Source of the DNA: Piromyces finnis finn
Taxonomy: Eukaryota; Fungi; Neocallimastigomycota
Assembly (NCBI GenBank): GCA_002104945.1
Contig: MCFH01000053.1
Span: 1 to 64,000 of the forward strand
Reading direction: 5' to 3'
DNA length: 64,000 nucleotides
Shown here: positions 59,801 through 64,000 of the stretch, one piece after another
Layout: every line of letters begins with the position of its first letter
Numbering within the stretch: the first letter of the stretch is position 1
The notes under the pieces: model-generated
Databases searched by the model: none
Seen by the model: the letters and a program-made list of their open reading frames with translations, nothing else
Told to the model about the DNA's origin: nothing
Translations under genes and position numbers: made by a program

Positions 59801-60886
59801 CTTTTCAAGATTATTTTGAATTAAAATCTCTCTTTTTATAACATTATTTATTACGTATTTGTAATTTCCAACAATTTTCTCAACATCATCATTAGATATA
59901 TATTTTAAATTAGAATCATTATCATTATTATTTATGTTATTATTACTAAAAACGCAATGATTTACAGTTGAAACAATATTTAATTTTCTCTTATCAGGAT
60001 TTATTTCATTATTTTCGTTATTTAACATTAAGCTTGAAGAACTAATTTCTTTTCCTGTTAATTTTTAAATACATTATATATAAATGATATATTATTTAAT
60101 CAAATATTAATTTATGTAAAAAAATTCCATTAAAAAATTATTTTATATTATATTCATTTATAAGCAATATTTTAATTGCTTTTAAAAAAAAAATAAAAAA
60201 AAAAGTCAATTACCTTTAATATTATGTAAATTAGAAGATTTTGAAATATTTAAATTTCCAAAAATTAATTTTGAAGATGATTCTTGGGTATAATTGTTAT
60301 TGGTTAAATTTGAATCTTCATCTCTATTATCTTCTAGCTTCTTTGTCTCTATTGGTTCTTTTTCTTTTTTTAAAGAATTTTTATCTAAACTATTAAATAT
60401 ATCATTAAATGATGAATTTACCACATTCACTTTTGATTTTGGTTGCATTTGATTGAATGCTAAGTAGGAAGCTATTGAAGACGATGAATTTGAAATAGAT
60501 GAAGAAAATAGATTGGAATAAATACTATTTTTACTTACAAATTTATTTTCATTTTGAATTTTGTCATTTGATGATAATGAGTTTTGTTGACTAGTATTTG
60601 ATTGTTTATCATTTGTTTTATTTAATTCTCCAAAATGTATATTAATGCCATTAATATTATCTAAATGGCTTTGCAAAGAATCAGAAAAGTTAAAATTATT
60701 GGTTAATAATGATTTTGCTAAAGAAGAGGTACTTGAAGTATTAATTGTACTTGAATTTACATTTTTTATGTCAATTATTGAATGAGAAGGGGAAGATGAT
60801 ACATTTTGTATTGTTGAAGTTGTATTTGAAATTTCATTGCTATTTATATTATTATTTTCATTTACGTTAGTATTTTCAATTTTCAT
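56855..60886 (-). CDS. BTB-like / F-box / leucine-rich-repeat protein (about 1290 aa, 2 exons)
   Basis: ORF 60206-60886 joins ORF 56855-60028 in phase through intron 60055-60213 (AAG|GTAATT...TAACAG|GA, giving IKGKEISSSSLMLN). F-box KLDTLPPEILLNIFDQF...FRFTCTRFR; LRRs such as FPSLNSLSLEGC and YPLLQTLNVKLC; a BTB-like segment lies upstream. Further 5' exons are possible. Confidence 0.8.
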
Positions 60887-63800
60887 ATTAATGAATCTAT
60901 ATTATTCTCAAAAAAGACAATAAAAATATTTTATATATTATATATAATTAATGCTTTTTATTTTTAGCTTTTTTTTTTTCTTCTATCTTTTCAAAATTAA
61001 AATATTAATTAATCTGGTACTCCTTAGTGTGATTAATGAATATGATATAGTGATATAATTATTTTTTGAAAATAAAATGATAGTTATTTCAATAGTATTA
61101 ATATATTAATAATAGATGTTTTTTTTTTTTTGGAAATTAAAAAATAATATATTAAACCAGGTAAAGAATTAGAATATTATTATTCATTAAAATCTTTGAA
61201 ATATAGAAATGAATGATGATCAAATACTTAGGTATTTTTCTTTATTATGCATAAATTAAAATGAAGATTAAAAAAAAAGAAAAGAGAAAAAAAAAAAAAA
61301 AACAGTTAACTTCAACAATAACTATTTTTTCATGAATTATATTTTATATTGAATGGATATAAAGAAAAAAAAAGTCTTTTTTTTCAAAAAATATATATAT
61401 ATATTAAAAAAAAAAAAAAAAAAAGAAAAACTATGGTTTAAATTTTTATCATTGTCGCTGATGTTAAAATATTTTATTTAAATTCATGTAATCTTAATTT
61501 CTAATGTTATAAATAATAATAATAATAAATGGATAATATTGAATTGTGATATTAAATCAATATACAAATTTAATTAAATTAAAAGAATTATTTTAAATTA
61601 ATTAAAGGAGAGAAAAATAAAAAGAGAAGTGTATGAGATAAAAAATATTTTTAAAAAAATTAATATATAAACTTTTCTTTTATAATTATTGATTTTAATT
61701 TTTAATAATCATCATCAATAATGAAGTAAAGTATAAATTATCTTTTCTTTTTCATTTATAATAATATTTAAAATTCAAACTCTATTATTTATATTATAAT
61801 AATCTTTTCATAATTACATAATTAAAAAAAAAAAAAAAAAGATATTATCATTTAAATACAACCTTCTTTAAATTAAATTGAATATATTCTATTTATATTA
61901 ACATATGAATTAAAATATATATTAATTATATTATTTAATTTATAAAAAATGGATATAACTTTATTTTTCTAATATGTGACATTTTAAATATATATATTTT
62001 TACTTGAAATTTTTAATGATGTATTGAATGATTTTATTACCAGGTACTAAATTTTATAATTTATGAAAAATGAATAAATTGTATTTTCTTTTTAATTATT
62101 ATTTATTTATATAAATTTAATAAGATGTTCTTATTTATGATAAAAATTAATAACTAATCCATACTTAATATATATATATAATTATTTTTAAAAAAAAAAA
62201 TTAAAAGTATTTTGTCAAACTTTTTTTTTTGTTTTTTAAAAAAATGTTTAGTAATAATTAAACTAATTATTTTTAAATTATTTTATTAATGTAATTAATT
62301 TAAATTAATTTCTTTGGAAAATAAAAATTTATGAAAATGACACATTTACATGATATGATAAAATGATAATTTAAATTTTGTAAATTTTAAATAATTAAGT
62401 TTTATACTAAATAAAATCTTTTTTTTTTTTTTTAAATCATAACTTTTCTTTATTTAATTTAATTATATTTGAACCGAATTTACAAATTATTTAGTTAACT
62501 TAAATTTAAATTTAAATTCACCAATAATTTACGTTTTTTGAAATTAAAATGAAGTTTTAATTAGGATATACAATCTATATTTAATAATCATTATTAATAG
62601 TATTCTTTTTATAATGAATTTAAAGAAGGATGATTTACTTTAAAAATTTTAAATTATAATACTAACAAATAGTTAAAGGATTAATACTTTTTTGGTAGTT
62701 GTTTTTTCCATATAATTAAAAACACTATTAATGTTATTAAAACATCTCTTGAATATAATATTTTCATTATTAAAAATGAGTTTGTTAATACAAAATTTAT
62801 AAAAGGTTAGAAAACGACAAACAACACATCTAAAAATTCATAATGGCCATATTTTTGTATACATGTTATATATATAAATAATATATAAAAAGAAATTTTT
62901 TAAAACATATATATATATATAATAGTATATGGATGGTTACTTGTTTTATAATTAGTATATTGATTTAAAAATAATAATATGATTAAATAATTATTAAGAA
63001 AAACAACAAGATAAACTATTCATTCTAATAACAATAGGAAACGCTTATAATTAAAAAAAAATAATAATAATCTATTATCATTTGAATATTTTTGATTTAA
63101 TAATTATAGAACTTTCATATCCTCTTTTGTAATTTATTTATTTAATTAATTCTTTTTAATTTTATATTTTCCTATTAATTAAATTAAATAGTAATTATAT
63201 TACTAAAAATTATGATAACACAGAATTACATTTACCTTTTTTTTTTTTTTTTCTTTTTAATAACCTTGAAATAATTTTAAACCTTAATTATAATAATTAA
63301 GGAAATTTAAAAGAAAATTTAAAAAAAGTAAAAATAAATAGTAAAAAAAAAAAAAGTTTATACACTTTTGTACAATCGTTTAACTTTGTTGTATTAAAAT
63401 ATTTTCTGATTATAATATTTTAAAAACATTATATATTTATTTCAAATATAAATCATTTCATATTAATATAGACATATGTATTTTTTTAATTTTAGACCCA
63501 AACTATTAGCTTTTAGTAAACCTTTTTTAGTTTTTTTTTTGTTTTTCTTTTTTTTTTTTATTATCTTTTTTTATTGTTTTTTTTTTTTTTAATTTTTTTA
63601 AAAATAATATTTACTTTATCTGTAGTTAATATTATTTTTTTTCAATAAAAATTATTCTCTTAAATAAATTAATAAAAGAAAAAAATAACTATATTATATT
63701 TAATATTATTTTACATTCTATTTATCAATATTTTAAAAAAGTAATTTAATTTTTTCATTACTTTACTAGATTATTAAACATATTAAAATATCGATAAAAT

Positions 63801-63951
63801 CTTCTAAAGTCATGCATGCTTTATATTTTAATTATTAACTTTTGGGTAATATTTTTAATTTTTTTTTCTTGTTATTGTAATATTACTAATTTATAGTATT
63901 ATTATTTTCTATATATTTATAATTTATTCTATTTTAACCACTTTAAATTCT

Positions 63952-64000
63952 TTAATTTAAAGATTCGAAAACAGTGGAAAGGAAGTTGTATAAACCAGCG
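63952..64000 (-). CDS. Probable 3' end of a gene entering from the right edge (...AGLYNFLSTVFESLN*)
   Basis: An abrupt GC rise, with an open minus frame using TAC/AAC/TTC/TCC codons like the highly expressed genes here, ending in TAA at 63952-63954. Too short to identify. Confidence 0.42.
   Translation of the reverse strand, partial: AGLYNFLSTVFESLN

Noticed and set aside
61000-63950. Scattered splice-like signals (e.g. ATGAATGATGATCAAATACTTAG|GT at 61209) suggesting a micro-exon gene
   Set aside because: I could not assemble a phase-consistent coding model; it needs RNA-seq.

Overview
An extremely AT-rich, intron-dense eukaryotic window. Composition, short GT-AG introns, (AAT)n tracts and gene content point to an anaerobic gut fungus (Neocallimastigomycota); this is an inference. 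The ORF track fragments most genes, so I rebuilt gene models by hand from splice signals. From left to right: a >11 kb multi-exon CCDC162-like gene (truncated at the window edge), a Makorin-type RING protein, an Elongin-B-like ubiquitin-fold protein, SDE2, a Cue5-like CUE protein, clathrin heavy chain, a decayed non-LTR retrotransposon 3' fragment, a Bem3-like PX-PH-RhoGAP, RPL11, an NTF2/SnoaL-fold protein with a repetitive tail, a HIT protein, argininosuccinate lyase, an ankyrin protein, two tandem intronless bacterial-type acyltransferase-3 genes, and a BTB-like/F-box/LRR protein. The strongest leads are the acyltransferase pair (probable HGT plus duplication), the BTB+F-box+LRR architecture, and a GC-AG intron in the splicing factor SDE2. 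I found no rRNA, tRNA or CRISPR array. All family calls rest on motif recognition from memory, not on database searches.
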